A stretch of DNA of 64,000 nt, taken from assembly GCA_964188305.1 (NCBI GenBank), contig OZ076898.1; one strand, given 5' to 3'. Within the stretch, counting starts at the first letter, position 1; each line of letters begins with the position of its first letter. Shown here one piece after another: positions 48,546 through 60,917 of this stretch. Source of the DNA: Podarcis bocagei (lineage: Eukaryota). The position numbers were made by a program, and so were the translations under genes. The notes under the pieces are model-generated. The model ran no database searches. It worked only from the letters and a program-made list of their open reading frames with translations, and was not told where the DNA came from.

Positions 48546-51500
48546 GTGAGTACAAACAAGAGTTTTGTTTTCCTTTTGGCATTAGTGGAAACAATGGGGA
48601 CAACCCAAGAAGTGAAAATTGGGTATCTCTGTTGGAGACCCTGGCTGATATATCTTGGTGACCCAGCTGTCTTGAACTGAAGCAGGTTTGTCTGCTATTC
48701 TTGTGGCCAATGGGCTTTTCGGGTTTTGAAGAGTGTAAGGCTTAAGGATGTAATGCCTGATAAGGTTTCTACTTTCTCTAGTGCAGGGTTGGGGGACCTG
48801 TGGCCCTCCAAATGTTTATGGACTGTAACTCCCATTATCCCTGACCTCTGACCATGCTTGCTGGGGCTGATGGGAATGGGAGTCCATCAAACCTTTGGAG
48901 GGCCACATCCCTGCTCTAGTGGTTGGTTGCTGCAGTTCCTGGAAGTACGGGACAGGAGGGGTGGGGAGAAGGATTGTATTCATGGCTTTATGGAAGATGT
49001 AGAGATCAGTGGCCAATGGATGGTGCATGGCAGCAAACTAGTGTTGAAATGACACTGTGCATTCTTGCTGATAATGGTTCAGATCAAGGTACAAAACTGT
49101 ATTGGACAGAGTCAGCCTGTTGGTCCATCTAATCTAAATGCTCTCTATGCTGGTAGCAGTCACCCAAGATTTCATTTTCCAGTACGAATGGGAACATGTG
49201 GTCCTCCAGATGCTGTTGGATTCCAGCTCCTATAATCACTGGCCTTAGTGGTTGAGACTTATGGGAGCTGGGAGACAGCAATGGCTGGAGGGCCACAAGT
49301 TCCACATCACTGGTCTTTCTCAGCTCACCTGCATGGGATGCTTCTACTGGAGAAACTGAGGATTGAACCAAGTATGTGTCCTACCACTGAGGTGCTCCTG
49401 GCCCTAGGGGAAACAGAGAGATCTATGGCTGATGGGTGGCAAGGGGCGCAATGAGATAAGGAAGACTGTCACTTCCTGGTGGTTCTGGCCTGTTGCAACT
49501 TTTTTTCTGTGGCTGTTGTGTGGTGGATAATAGGATTGCCTGATTTACCCCCAGAATCATTTACACATGTATTTTTCTCATTTTATGACTGTGGCTTGTG
49601 TATATGTGCATGCATGAGTCACAGCAGATAGAAGATTCACGTTCCCATGTATCTCATCCAACACAGTGCTTTTCAGTAGAGTTGGTTCACACTTTCCCAT
49701 GCCAAGCCATCGGGTGCAGTGTCATGCATGTGTGATCCAGTTTTTTGACCCTGCTTGTATGCTTTGAACAGCAACTGGAAACATAGACATTAATCTCAGT
49801 GAAGCTTTTCCCATCTTGGAAAGGAGAGTGGTGTGAATTGACTTGCTTTATTGTGTCTTTGTTACTAGTTGCCATTAAAGACACTGGAGCCAGGCCAGAA
49901 AGATAAGATGACAACATCAGGGCATAGAAGTGGGTGGGAGTTTGAACGTGTGTAGCATAATATTCTCCTGTATGCTACTGCTCAGCAAACTTCTTGTCCT
50001 GTAGGGTGACTGCTTCACCCCAACCTGCTTCTCTGTCTTCAACAGCAGCAGCCCAAGGTGGGGAAATGGAGCAATGCTAGGTTGGCACTGCAGGGTGGGA
50101 GATGCTTCACCCACTTCCTTTCTCTTTCTCAAACTGTTTTGAACCCCCTAACCCACCCCCAGGAGTAGGGCTAGGGGGGAAAAAAGCAAATTGGTAAGTT
50201 TATTTACCTACCAAACCTTTCTTCTCTTGGTTGGGACCTGGATGAGGGCTCACATGGAAAGGAACTAGTTTCCTCTGAGGGAAGTTGCAGGTTAGAATGT
50301 TGTACTCAAGTGGGTGCTGGTGGGTTGCAACGAGGCTAGGGATTGGGGCATCAATTAATTACAATTCATGTCACTTTTTAAAATATATACACACCTGCAT
50401 ATTGCTTACCCCAAAGAATCCTGGGATCTGTAATTTGTTAAGGGTGCTGGGAATTGTTGGTTGCTGAGAGGTGTGAGTTACACTTCCCAGGATTTTTTTT
50501 TGGGGGGGGGGTGAGCCATGGGCCTTTAAATGTATAGTGAACACAGCCATAAGCACTTCGTGTACATTATATTGTTTAGAATCCTTGCAACAATCCTGTA
50601 TGGTAGGTCAGTTTTATGATCCCCATGGGTAACCATGCAGTACCAGGCAAAAGCATTTTGCTGTTGGAGGTTGACTCCAAATGCCCATCTCCCCCACATG
50701 GGCAGTATTTTACAAAGTCTTGTTGCACTGTTCAGACACAGTTCCTGCCTTCCTTTTTCTCTACTCACCTACCCCACCAAGCCACCTGAAGCAAGTCTCT
50801 TCATGCTTCTGTGTGACAGGGCCATCCCTTTGCTTGTTTCTCAAACTTGGGTCCCCAGCTTTTGTTGGCCAACAACTGCCATCATCCCTAGCCAGCTGGA
50901 TGGTGGGAGTTGTAGTCCAACAACAGCTAGGGACCTATGCTTGAGAAACACTGGAAGGTCATGTAGTACGATAATGACAGAAGGGAGATTCACACTGGAA
51001 ACTTCTTGGTCTCTAACTCAGACTTTTAGCTTCTGCACCACACCAGCTCTCAATTGTTATTGATGTTTGGGGTGGCGGTCGTATGTACGTGTGTATACAC
51101 ACACACACACAGATTCTTTTCATAGAAAAAGAATATTAAACTTTCCTGATGCCTGGGAATGCTAAACCACAGATATTGTATGCGTGCTAGGAGCAAACTC
51201 CCAGGATTGAAAGTTTGGTCTGATTGACGGGAACTCACTGAAGGAAACCACTCTAAACCTGATGAAAGAATTCGTGAGAACCTTGATTGTCATCCAGAAA
51301 GGGGGAAGGGTTCATCATTCATGATGCTCCGATAGAATTCACACATTCTATAGCATTCCTACCCCCCACCCCCAAAGCTTGTTTGGAGAGGGTGGTTGCA
51401 GGAGCTTTTAAATTTGTGGAGTAGTTGTGTAGGGGTGTGTGTGTATTTGGGAGAATTAGCATACACAGCATTTTCCCTTTAAGAAACTATTGTGGCAAAT

Positions 51501-51684
51501 TTCCAAGAAGCTATCTGGATCAGTGTGTGTTTCTGTGTTAGGGTTACCTTGTAAATAGTGAGGTGCCTGCTTGCCTCTGGTGAGTACAAAACACCAGTAG
51601 GCAGGGAAGCTGGCTGGGGCTGATGGGAGTTGTAGTCCAAAGCATCTAGAGGGCATCAGGTTGGGGAAGGCTGCTTTAGAGAGA

Positions 51685-51870
51685 GAGAGCCTGTGGTTCA
51701 GTGGTTGAGCACATGTTTTGCATGCAGAAAATCCCAGGTTCAATCCTCAGCGTCGCCAATTAAAAGGATCTTATGCAGCAGGGCTGAGGTCTGAGAAAAC
51801 AACTGCCATTCTGTGTAGACAATGCTGTTAGATGCACCAATGATCTGACTTAATAATAAGGTAGCTTTGT
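51685..51870 (+). mobile_element. tRNA-derived SINE (squamate family). Minus-strand relatives at about 15146-15320, 15951-16050, 21360-21550 and 28270-28445
   Basis: tRNA-like head GGTTCAGTGGTTGAGCACATGTTTTGCATGCAGAAAATCCCAGGTTCAATCC. Body shares the CCAATGxTCTGACT..ATAAGGxAGCTT motif with the other copies. Confidence 0.7.
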
Positions 51871-52147
51871 AGAAGTTTTCTTTTCCCCTGCTATCAATGA
51901 TTACGTGTCTAGGCAGTGTAGCTCTCAAATATCTGTAGGCTAGTGACTTTTGTTGGCTTATATGTGAGACTGCATTAAGTAGGTTCTGGGGGTGAGGGCA
52001 GGTTCAGAGACCAACACTACTTGAACAGCCCTCCCTGCTAGCGATGAAAATAGGCCCCTGACCCCAAAGAGCTTTAAATCTAACTGGATATTGGGAGATA
52101 CAGTAAGTGGGGGTGGAGAGGCCAGCATAACAGAGGAATTGTACAGC

Positions 52148-52221
52148 ACATGCTCAAGCATTATACATACTAGGAGGAAGCATTATACATGCTCAAGCAT
52201 TATACATATACTAGGAGGAAG
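52148..52221. repeat. Local tandem duplication (about 39-bp period)
   Basis: ACATGCTCAAGCATTATACATA(TA)CTAGGAGGAAG occurs twice, joined by CATTAT. Confidence 0.85.
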
Positions 52222-54391
52222 AGGCTGCTAACCAGCAGATCCACAGGTGCTGTTTAGAACTACCGTACTTGATTGCATCTCACTACTTTTCCAGTCTTGG
52301 ATTGCTTCTTGCAGTGAATCTAAGTCTTACTCCTTAAACTTAGCTTGCTTTCTGTCTGTCTGATCCTGCTTCTCCTGCCCCTAATCCATTGTTGCTTTCC
52401 ATCGTATAGGGCTGCTTTCCCTAACACGAGTGCATGCCTGTGCCTCTCTGGGTCTTAGTGGAGGTAAACGAGATCTTGCCTCCTGGAAAGAGAAGGGGTA
52501 GGTGTGTGTGTGTAGGTGTGAACAAATAGTGAAAGGAGGGTAGGCACAAAGCAACCTCTTCAAACATGCATATGAAAAATACCAGCATTTTTATTTATGA
52601 CCCCCAACAGCTGTCCACATTCATGCTGATCTTGAATATGACAGGGTGTTGAAAGGGTGTTGGAAGCACAAATTTTGCTTCAGCTGTAGCATCTTAAAAC
52701 AAAGAGCTTCTGAGAGGTGTGCCTGAGTGTGAATACCCCTCAAGAGAGTGAACCAAAAGTAGCACACACAAAAACAACTTGGTGGAAAGCAGAATGAAAT
52801 TTTATCATGTTCCCTTGAAGTATGTATACCCAACCTTTGACAACTTAACCCCGATTCTGCGCAAACAAAACAAGGTAAATAGACTGATGTAAATCAAGGT
52901 GATGGTTTTATGTCTCTGATTTGAATTGTCGTTTTATATCACCAAGCAGAAATGCCAGTTTAAACCACAGGTTTCAGTCTGGTCTCCAAACTTTATATCT
53001 CATGGATTTCCAGAACAAGCATGCATACTAATTGGCTGCTGTAACATATGGACAGGATGCAGTGCGATTGCCTGGGAATCAACACTTGCAAGGCTATCCT
53101 ACGAAAGCTAAATTGCAGGGTGTATATGTCTGCATGTGGGAGGGATTGTTTTGAACTGACAGGATAGGGGCAGGAGCTGGGCCTTGAAGGGGAGGAGGAT
53201 GTTGAGGTTGGTGTGGTGAATGCTCTGCTCTACTTTTCATGGCTGCACATGGCCTGGGAGCCCTCTTGGAAAGAAACAGAAATTGTGACTGTCCTTCCAC
53301 TCAAGTGTGCTCTATACCCAATTGATTTTGAGTGGGTGGGTGAGGTTTCTTCTGCAATCTCTCAGTCTCTGCGCCAGGAAACTCTCCCATTGAGGTGCTG
53401 AGCGTCTTTACAAAGAGCTGCAATGGAACTGGTTTAGGAGAGGCACTTATGTGCACGGCCCTTTTGCCGTTCAATGTGCTGCCGCCCACCATAGCTTTCT
53501 GTGCAAATTGGTGTTAATTTGCTGTGGAAGCAACAACAAAAACAGATGGGAAGCTGCCTTAATAAGCCATCTCAATAAGACTCAACTAATCAGCGAGAGG
53601 TTATTTCAGAATAATGGCCTTGCTAGATCAGACTGAGTCCAGCATTCTGCTTCCAATAGCAACTGTTAAATGCTTCTGGATGGCTGTAAGAAGGGACCTG
53701 AAGGTGACGGCTCACCCTGTTTTTCTGCTCATAACACCTGGTACTTGGAGATATATTGACTCTGAACATGGAAGTTCAGTTTAGCTGCCATTTCCTCTGT
53801 TTCCTGAATTCTCAGGCAAGTGCTGGTCCTTCCACAGCCAGAACAGTACCAATCCATGCATGTCAATAGGTTTGGGTTGAGGGAACCTTGATAGAAGTAC
53901 AAAAAAACTTTACAGGGGAAATCTTAAATGGGAGGTGGGGAGGAATCCAAAATAACCCAATAACAGTGGGCAAGGAATTCTCATTGACTGTTGGGGGAAC
54001 GGGAACTAGAAAACAGAGAGAGAAACAGGATGGGTCGAATGGAGAATACTGGAAAAGAACATGGCTAGCTGGCTGGAACCCTGAAGAGGAGCACGCCACA
54101 CCTTGGCAAAATTGTGTTGCAGGTCACTGTTGTAGTGGCTATTAACCACTGATGGCCCCACATCCCTTCAGAGGTGGGCAAACCTCAAAACTGGGGACCA
54201 AATGCAGTCCTCCGCAATCTTTATCCGGACTTCAAGACCCTTCCCTTCCCCTGCTTCCAGTCCATACCCTTCCTGGAGCCCTGCTCTGAACTGTCCACAA
54301 GGTGCTTTTGCCTGCCTGCAAATAAGATAACATCTCTTAAAAGCCTCTACTGCACCCTCTTCTTCTGCATTAATGGCTCCCCCATAACATG

Positions 54392-54610
54392 TAGCCCATG
54401 TGATGTAGTAGTTAGAGTGCTGGACTAGGACTTGGAAGACCAGGGTTCAAATCCCTACGCAGCCATGAAGCCCATTGGGTGACCAGTCACTGTGACTCAG
54501 CCTAACCCATCTCACAGGGTGGTTGTGGGAATAAAATGGGCGAAGAGTGTGCACCACCTAGAGCTCTTTGGACAAAAGGTGGAATATAAATGTACTACCA
54601 ATAAATAAAC
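54392..54610 (+). mobile_element. tRNA-derived MIR/Squam3-like SINE. Relatives at about 31470-31630, 37670-37835 (-), 46012-46215 and 56680-56845
   Basis: A box (TGATGTAGTAGTTAGAG), B box (GGTTCAAATCC), core CTCAGCCTAACCxAxCTCACAGGGTxGTTGTG and an A-rich tail. Confidence 0.7.
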
Positions 54611-55726
54611 AATAAGGGAACTATGGGGGGCTAGGAGCTTAGGCCACAACCAGGCACTTACTGTGTGACTTCCTCATACTGGTCTCACTGTCAGACAGCT
54701 TGCCTGTATTTCTCTGCTGACAGCCGGTGTGAGTAGACCTAGAATGGGGAGATGTGGTAGTTAAAGGAAGCCTCTCCCAAGCAGGACTATTGCTCAGAGC
54801 TGAGAAATTTGGAATAAGAGAGGAGTGGATGAGATGGACCATGCTGAGCCTATTGGGGTCTGGTGGTGCTTTGCATTGCAGTTGTGCTATTTGTAGGCCA
54901 TCAAACTGAGTCACTGTCTCCCCTCCCCCCCCCACGCCCTGGGATATATTAGAAGGCCAAAGAAAATCCTAAATGTGAACTCCCAAGATTGCCAACTGAT
55001 TAGGGTGGGGAAATGAATAGACCTGCTCCTGTGCATTTAATGGTAACTTGATCTTCCAAAAAATCACCCGGTAAAGTTTTTAACAGTCTAGAGATGAGCA
55101 CCCATCACCTGGTAATTCTTGCTTATTAAGTTCCTGTTAAAACACAGGAGCTTAAAAATGTTGGCAACCCAAATTCCAGATACTGTACATGCTTTTTTTT
55201 TTAAGGGTGATCACAAAATCAAAGCACCCATGATTCTTTGTGAGCAGGTAGAGATGCAGTGCCTCAAAGAGCTTGTCCAGTTCTTGATGGGGGAAGGAAG
55301 TGTCCTGTGATGTACAAATGAAGCCTTTCATAGTGTCTGCTAGAAGAGCTTACATGAAAATCAGTACCCTAAGTGGCTATTAACTAACGGCGAATGCTGA
55401 TGGAGCGTTTGTGCCATTCCCGTGAATAACAAATGAATTTGTGTCCCGTCAAAACAATGAGGATGAATTGCAACTGAATAAACATGAGCATGCTTTACAA
55501 TTTGCCATTCTTCCCAGCTGACTCACGTTGTGGTTTTCCTGCAGTTTTGCACAGAGGCCATGCAAAGAAAGCCACCAAGAGCACAGTGCATCTCAGGACG
55601 CCATCCTGCACTAACCATATTTGGGATTAAATTAATGACGGTTTGCACTTGCAGTAGGGCTTGTGCAGGAGAACATGCTGCTGGCTTGTGTTTCCCAGTG
55701 TCCATTGGATATAGGTGAGTATAGGT

Positions 55727-55862
55727 CAGGCTTCCTCAACCTCGGCCCTCCAGATATTTTTGGCCTACAACTCCCATGATCCCTAGCTAGCGGGACCAGT
55801 GGTCAGGGATGATGGGAATTGTAGTCTCAAAACACCTGGAGGGCCGAGGTTGAGGAAGCCTG
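55727..55862. mobile_element. Young hAT MITE, 136 bp
   Basis: Perfect 27-bp TIR CAGGCTTCCTCAACCTCGGCCCTCCAG and perfect 8-bp TSD GTATAGGT (55719-55726 / 55863-55870). Confidence 0.92.
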
Positions 55863-56034
55863 GTATAGGTGGACTGGGGATAGTTTTGCCCTCCAATGCA
55901 TATAAAAAACAACACTCATATCTACTTAATGGGCACAGTAAATCCTAAACATGCTTATTATGAAGTAAGTCTTGTGCAAGCGACAACACACTCAAAGCCT
56001 AGTGACTTTATTTAATTTACTGGCTTAACTTGGG

Positions 56035-56320
56035 GTGCTTCCAGGCTGTCGCTGTTTTGGGGTGGGATTCAGTTATATCCTAGTAAATACAGGTCTTGCA
56101 ATTAAAGCTGATTTGGAAACCTTGTGCAACAAACCTGCTTCTCTAAATAATCAGGCTTTTTGTGATAAGGGAAGTGAAGGGGGAAAGCATTGGAAAGTGT
56201 GAGATAACACTTGCTTAACACAAGGGCAAATCAGGATGAATGCTCATTCAATATCAGGTTGTCAAACCTCTCAGCAACCAAATCAGGGTGAATGCTCAAT
56301 TAACAGGTTGTCTGGAAGAG
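56035..56320. repeat. Old interspersed repeat with a diverged inverted relative at about 61330-61565
   Basis: Collinear blocks TTTGGGGTGGGATTCA, CTTGTGCAACAAACC, TGGAAAGTGT..GATAACACTTGCTT and ATGAATGCTC recur in reverse complement at 61340-61560. Confidence 0.65.
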
Positions 56321-58318
56321 CAACCTATTTATTTAATTTATATCACACTCTTCTTCTGTGATGGGGCTCAGGGCAACATACATTGGGTCCCTGATGTTGA
56401 TCAGCCCTGCTGCCTGATGTGCCTTCAAGGCCATGAATCTTATTTCTTCCACACTCCAAAGAGAAACATATCCTTTGAATGAGCCCCTCCCATTAGGATG
56501 TACTCCAGAGCTAAAATTTGCCTCAACTATAAAATAAGGTATTAAATGACAAATTAGATATGTTAATAATGTGATAGGCACGTGTCTTTGTTTCTTCTTT
56601 TTGGTAAATAGCAACCTTGGGTGGGTGGGGGTGCTGCTGATCCTGAATACTGTCCACCATGTTTCTGTTTGCTCTGGGAAGGAACTCAGTGTGGTGTAAT
56701 GGTTAGCGTGTCAGATTAGGACCTGGGAGACTAGGGTTTGAATGCCCACACCCATGGAGCTCACTGGGTCTTATCACTGGTTTTCAGCTTAGCCTACCTC
56801 ACAATGTGAGGATAAAATGAAGGGAGAACCATGTACAATGTACACTGCAAATGGCACGCACATGTGTGACCATGCATGCTTTAAACACGTGCAAAATGAA
56901 AGTTGCCTGTATAACAGCTTCAGCAATTGTGGTTTGAAGTTAGCTTGTTGGACCAAATCATAGTTCAGATTAACCACAGTTCCCAGTCCAGGTGGCGTGA
57001 TGTCCTAAACCTTTACTTGTGGACTGGAGCTGTCTTCAAAAGAATCTCCTGGAGGTCAAACCTGGCACTGGGTTGAGAAAGTGTGTGTAGTTTATCTGCT
57101 GAGAGGAAGACAAGGTTGCTGCCTGTGAATCTATTCTGGGTCAATCCTGATTGCCGAAGTTGGCTTGGGAGTGGAGCTGGGCTTTATGAATATTTGATGG
57201 ACTCTATTCCTGGCAGCAGCAGCAGCAGCATGTCCTTGAAGGTGTCGAACAGAAAGGCAGGTGCCTTTTGCGTGTGAGCTCCTAGGTAGGGATTGCCCTC
57301 CTCTTGTGGGAGACACGTCAGACCCAGAAAGCCTGTCGTGAGGACAAGCCCATTGGTGTTTGGGTTTTTCTAAGGTTGATTTGCATTGACCCTTGAGACT
57401 TGCATCCAATATAGGTAGCAGAGTTACAACTCCCAGCAACTTTTAGCAAACCAGAGTGCCCAGAATTCTTTGAAGGAAAGAATGAGCTTTGAATATGCTT
57501 TAAAGGTATGGCGTGTACACAGCCTCATATAATGTAGCCTTGCATATTGTTTTTTCTTTCCCATTCAGGATCTGATTGATCATACATTTATATGGTGTCA
57601 GAAAATAGCCTACTACCACCACCCCTGTTCAGATTAGTGACTTTGAATCTGTTTAGTGACGAGTGTCCTCTGTGGCTAGGCTTCCTAGCTGGTGACACTG
57701 GGGACTGTTTGCTTTGCAGACTCTTTCTGTGGGCAGCACACTTTCCTTTCATCTGGCTCGGATTGATTTGCGGGGGCTGTGTCAGTCCCGTCTCCTGTCA
57801 AGCTGAAGTAAGGACCAGATAAAGGTCACCTCCACACCATACATTTTAAGTTTGGAGCTGCGCTATAACTCAGCTCTTAGAAGCTAGATCTGCTGCAGCT
57901 CCTCCCATCTAGAATAGGGATGAGGAAGAAATTCATTCAGTTCACATTTTAATGCAAGCCTACCTAATTCACATTTCCTGAACCAATCAGATAGGGCTGA
58001 GGAGCCTTTTCCAGCCTAAAGGCCACATTCCCTTCTGGGGGCCACATGGCAGTGATGATTGGGGCCAGGAGCAAAAAGTGTGCGGAAACAGGGCAAACAG
58101 AACTTAAGGTTGGAAAAATGAGAAATTGAGAAACTGATAGATTTGTCCATCCTTAGGGGGGAGGAGTCGCACTTCTATTTCCTACATAAACAGCCTCAGT
58201 TCCTGCCAGTCTATTTTTTTAGTGGGGTAAAAACAAAGCCTTCTTTGTTTTCAACATGTTCAGGTAGATGCTAAATGACTGTGATCCATGTCCTTTTATT
58301 GTGAAGCCTGACCACGTA

Positions 58319-58646
58319 CCGTATTTTTTGCTCTATAAGACTCACTTTTTCCCTCCTAAAAAGTAAGGGGAAATGTGTGTGCGTCTTATGGAGCGAATGC
58401 AGGCTGCACAGCTATCCCAGAAGCCAGAACAGCAAGAGGGGTGGGATTCAGTTATATCCTAGTAAATACAGGTCTTGCAATTAAAGCTGATTTGGAAACC
58501 TTGTGCAACAAACCTGCTTCTCTAAAAAGAGAATCCCTCTTGCTGTTCCGGCTTCTGAGATTCAGAATATTTTTTTTCTTGTTTTCCTCCTCCAAAAACT
58601 AGGTGCGTCTTGTGGTCTGGTGCGTCTTATAGAGCGAAAAATACGG
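58319..58646. mobile_element. Tc1/mariner (Tc2/pogo-like) MITE carrying an 89-bp captured segment
   Basis: TA|CCGTATTTTTTGCTCTATAAGAC ... GTCTTATAGAGCGAAAAATACGG|TA, with subterminal GTGCGTCTT repeats. Confidence 0.9.
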
Positions 58647-60781
58647 TAGTCTTGTGTAGGGGAAGTGAATACTTAGTAGTGAAGAAAAAAGTACAAGATA
58701 GAAGCAGGATTATTTGCGATCAGTGATGGGGACATTGATTGTCAAGTAATTGCAATGTGGCTTGGAAGATGAGTACTTTGTGCCTGGAGAGTATTGGAAT
58801 ACCGTATTCTCGTAGTTCTGTATATTGGATCAAATAAGTTAAATAAAAAGTACTTTTCTGTGACACAATTTCAAACCGAACGTTTCAATTGAGATTTAGA
58901 CATGTCAGATCAGACTTCAGGTTGAGGTGGGTGAGGAAGAGATTTTGATGAATGTGACAAGATTCTCAGCAAACTTCAATGGTCTCCTTTTTGATATATT
59001 GCAGACTAAGTTGCAAAAAAGTGGGAGAAAAAGAAAAGAAGTGTATTTTAAGACTGTTTGTTGTGTTTTTTTATATATATATATATACTTCATAGTAACT
59101 ATAGCAATGAAGTCAAGCAGTCGCCCTTTCCTTTTAAGTGAAGAGATCTGTGCCTTTCCAGGTATCAAGCACATGTAACAATAGCCACTCATTGTGTAGA
59201 ACTGATAACATGGCTTGGAGTATAGGTTCTTCTAAGGAATCAGCACATGGACTGAAACAAGGGGAGGAATGATGGATTTAAGATCTTTTTGCTCTTTGGT
59301 GAATTAAAGTATTACTGTGGAGCTGCATGAAATGCAGTGCGGAAATTTTAAGGCCTCAGGATGTTATTTAGGTAACTCCTAGCACACAAAAACAGGAGTA
59401 TCCATCCACATAACAGCTTATGGAGGCCAAAGTGTACCTCAAACAGGGAGAGCAGGTACAGTCTGCACAGTAAGTGACTTTGGCAAGTGAGCCCAGCTAC
59501 ATGCTACAGGAGTAAGGTGGCATCACCAGCTATGATATATAGTCATGGGGAAAATTACAGCTGTTGTCTATATCATGATATGCTATTGCCCATCCTTGAG
59601 CATGACATCAAATTAAGCACTGGAACGTAACAGATCCAAACCAGCAAAACTGGTCTCTAACGGCTAGATTTCTTTGAAAATACTTTGGGATTTCATCTTT
59701 TGCTGTATTAGATGGCAGGACTGCAGATCTGCTGCAGTGCATTTAAATGCAGGCTGCAGATAATGCCAGCTATGGCGTCAGGCAGGCGGGAGCCCTCCTC
59801 AAGGGACGCTTTCTAGCAGGTCCAGAGGATCTTTTCCTTGTCTTATGAACTAGTTCAGCTATTTATCAGGTAGATTTGCTCCAGGTTGTCAGAGACTCAT
59901 TGTGCCTATATGCTTGTTCTGCACTCCTGCAGCCCAAAACAATCTGTAGCATTTGGGGCTATTTGATAAATAATGCACTGAGAGCATTTGCCACATGCAT
60001 GCTGATGTTCAGTGTGAAACTCATTAGATGTGAAACTCAGAAAAATGTTGATAAGAGACACATAAGTGGACATAGGCAAGGGGGCTGAATGCAATCAGGG
60101 CTCCTTGGTGTGTGTCTAGTGCATGTCCCTCTGTGTGTGTCTGCAAACATTTCTAAGTCATACTTTATGGTGTTTGCGGCTTCTGACGCCAGTGTACAAA
60201 CAAAGGTGCATACAGAGCTGCCACTTTGGTATTAAGGAGCAGGGCTTTCAGAGGACACTCAGGTTTTTTGATGTATGTACAGTTCTCACTGTATGTGTGT
60301 CTGCTGAACAAAAACCAGGGTGAGTATGTGCTATGGTACAGTGACTCTGTACCCACAGCCTGCATGCTGTGTTGTTTTTTTTTTAATGTGGAGGAATACT
60401 GGGCTTTATGAAGCTGCTCAAACGTGCCAACATGTGCAGACTTAGAGGGGTGGGGGAGAGAAATCTGGCTCACAAGATGGGACAGGACAGAAGGTGTTGC
60501 AAATTGTTTGTCTAAATAACTGTTGCTAAGGGACTCGGAAGCAAGATGTGAGGCGGTCGTTTTTATGCGCTGGAACTACCAGGCATAAAGATCATGCTAG
60601 GCTGTGCTGCGTTATTGAGTATAGACTCTGAGGGACAGCTGAAGGTTTTTGTTGCCCTAGGTCAATTAAAATCCTCCCCTCCCCTGCGACTTACTGTAGG
60701 CTGAGCAGCATAACCGTAAAACATCAAATGGGCATGGGATGTTATTTTTGTTTTTAACTTCAATAATTGGACCATCATACC

Positions 60782-60917
60782 CAGGGCTTTTTTTCAGTCA
60801 GAACTCACTGGAATTCAGTTCCAGCACCTCTCAAGTGGGCACCATTGCCATTATAAGTGAACAAGGAAGGCATTTATGCTGAGTTCTGGCAACTCTTTTT
60901 CTAGAAAAATAGCACTG
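60782..60917. mobile_element. hAT-type MITE, 136 bp
   Basis: CAGGGCTTTTTTT...AAAAATAGCACTG termini and perfect 8-bp TSD ATCATACC. Confidence 0.85.

Noticed and set aside
47739-48680. The 313-aa ORF as a complete single-exon protein
   Set aside because: It starts at a TTG in the 5' region and runs through the GTGAGT donor at 48546 into intron. ASIC2a homology covers only 47982-48545.
51685-51760. tRNA gene
   Set aside because: Acceptor stem is degenerate and it continues into a SINE body shared with other copies. It is a SINE head, as are the other A/B-box matches.
59240-59256. REST/RE1-like TCAGCACATGGACTG in the ASIC2 intron
   Set aside because: Half-site spacing is one base short of the canonical RE1 and the right half is mismatched. 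Too weak without ChIP data.
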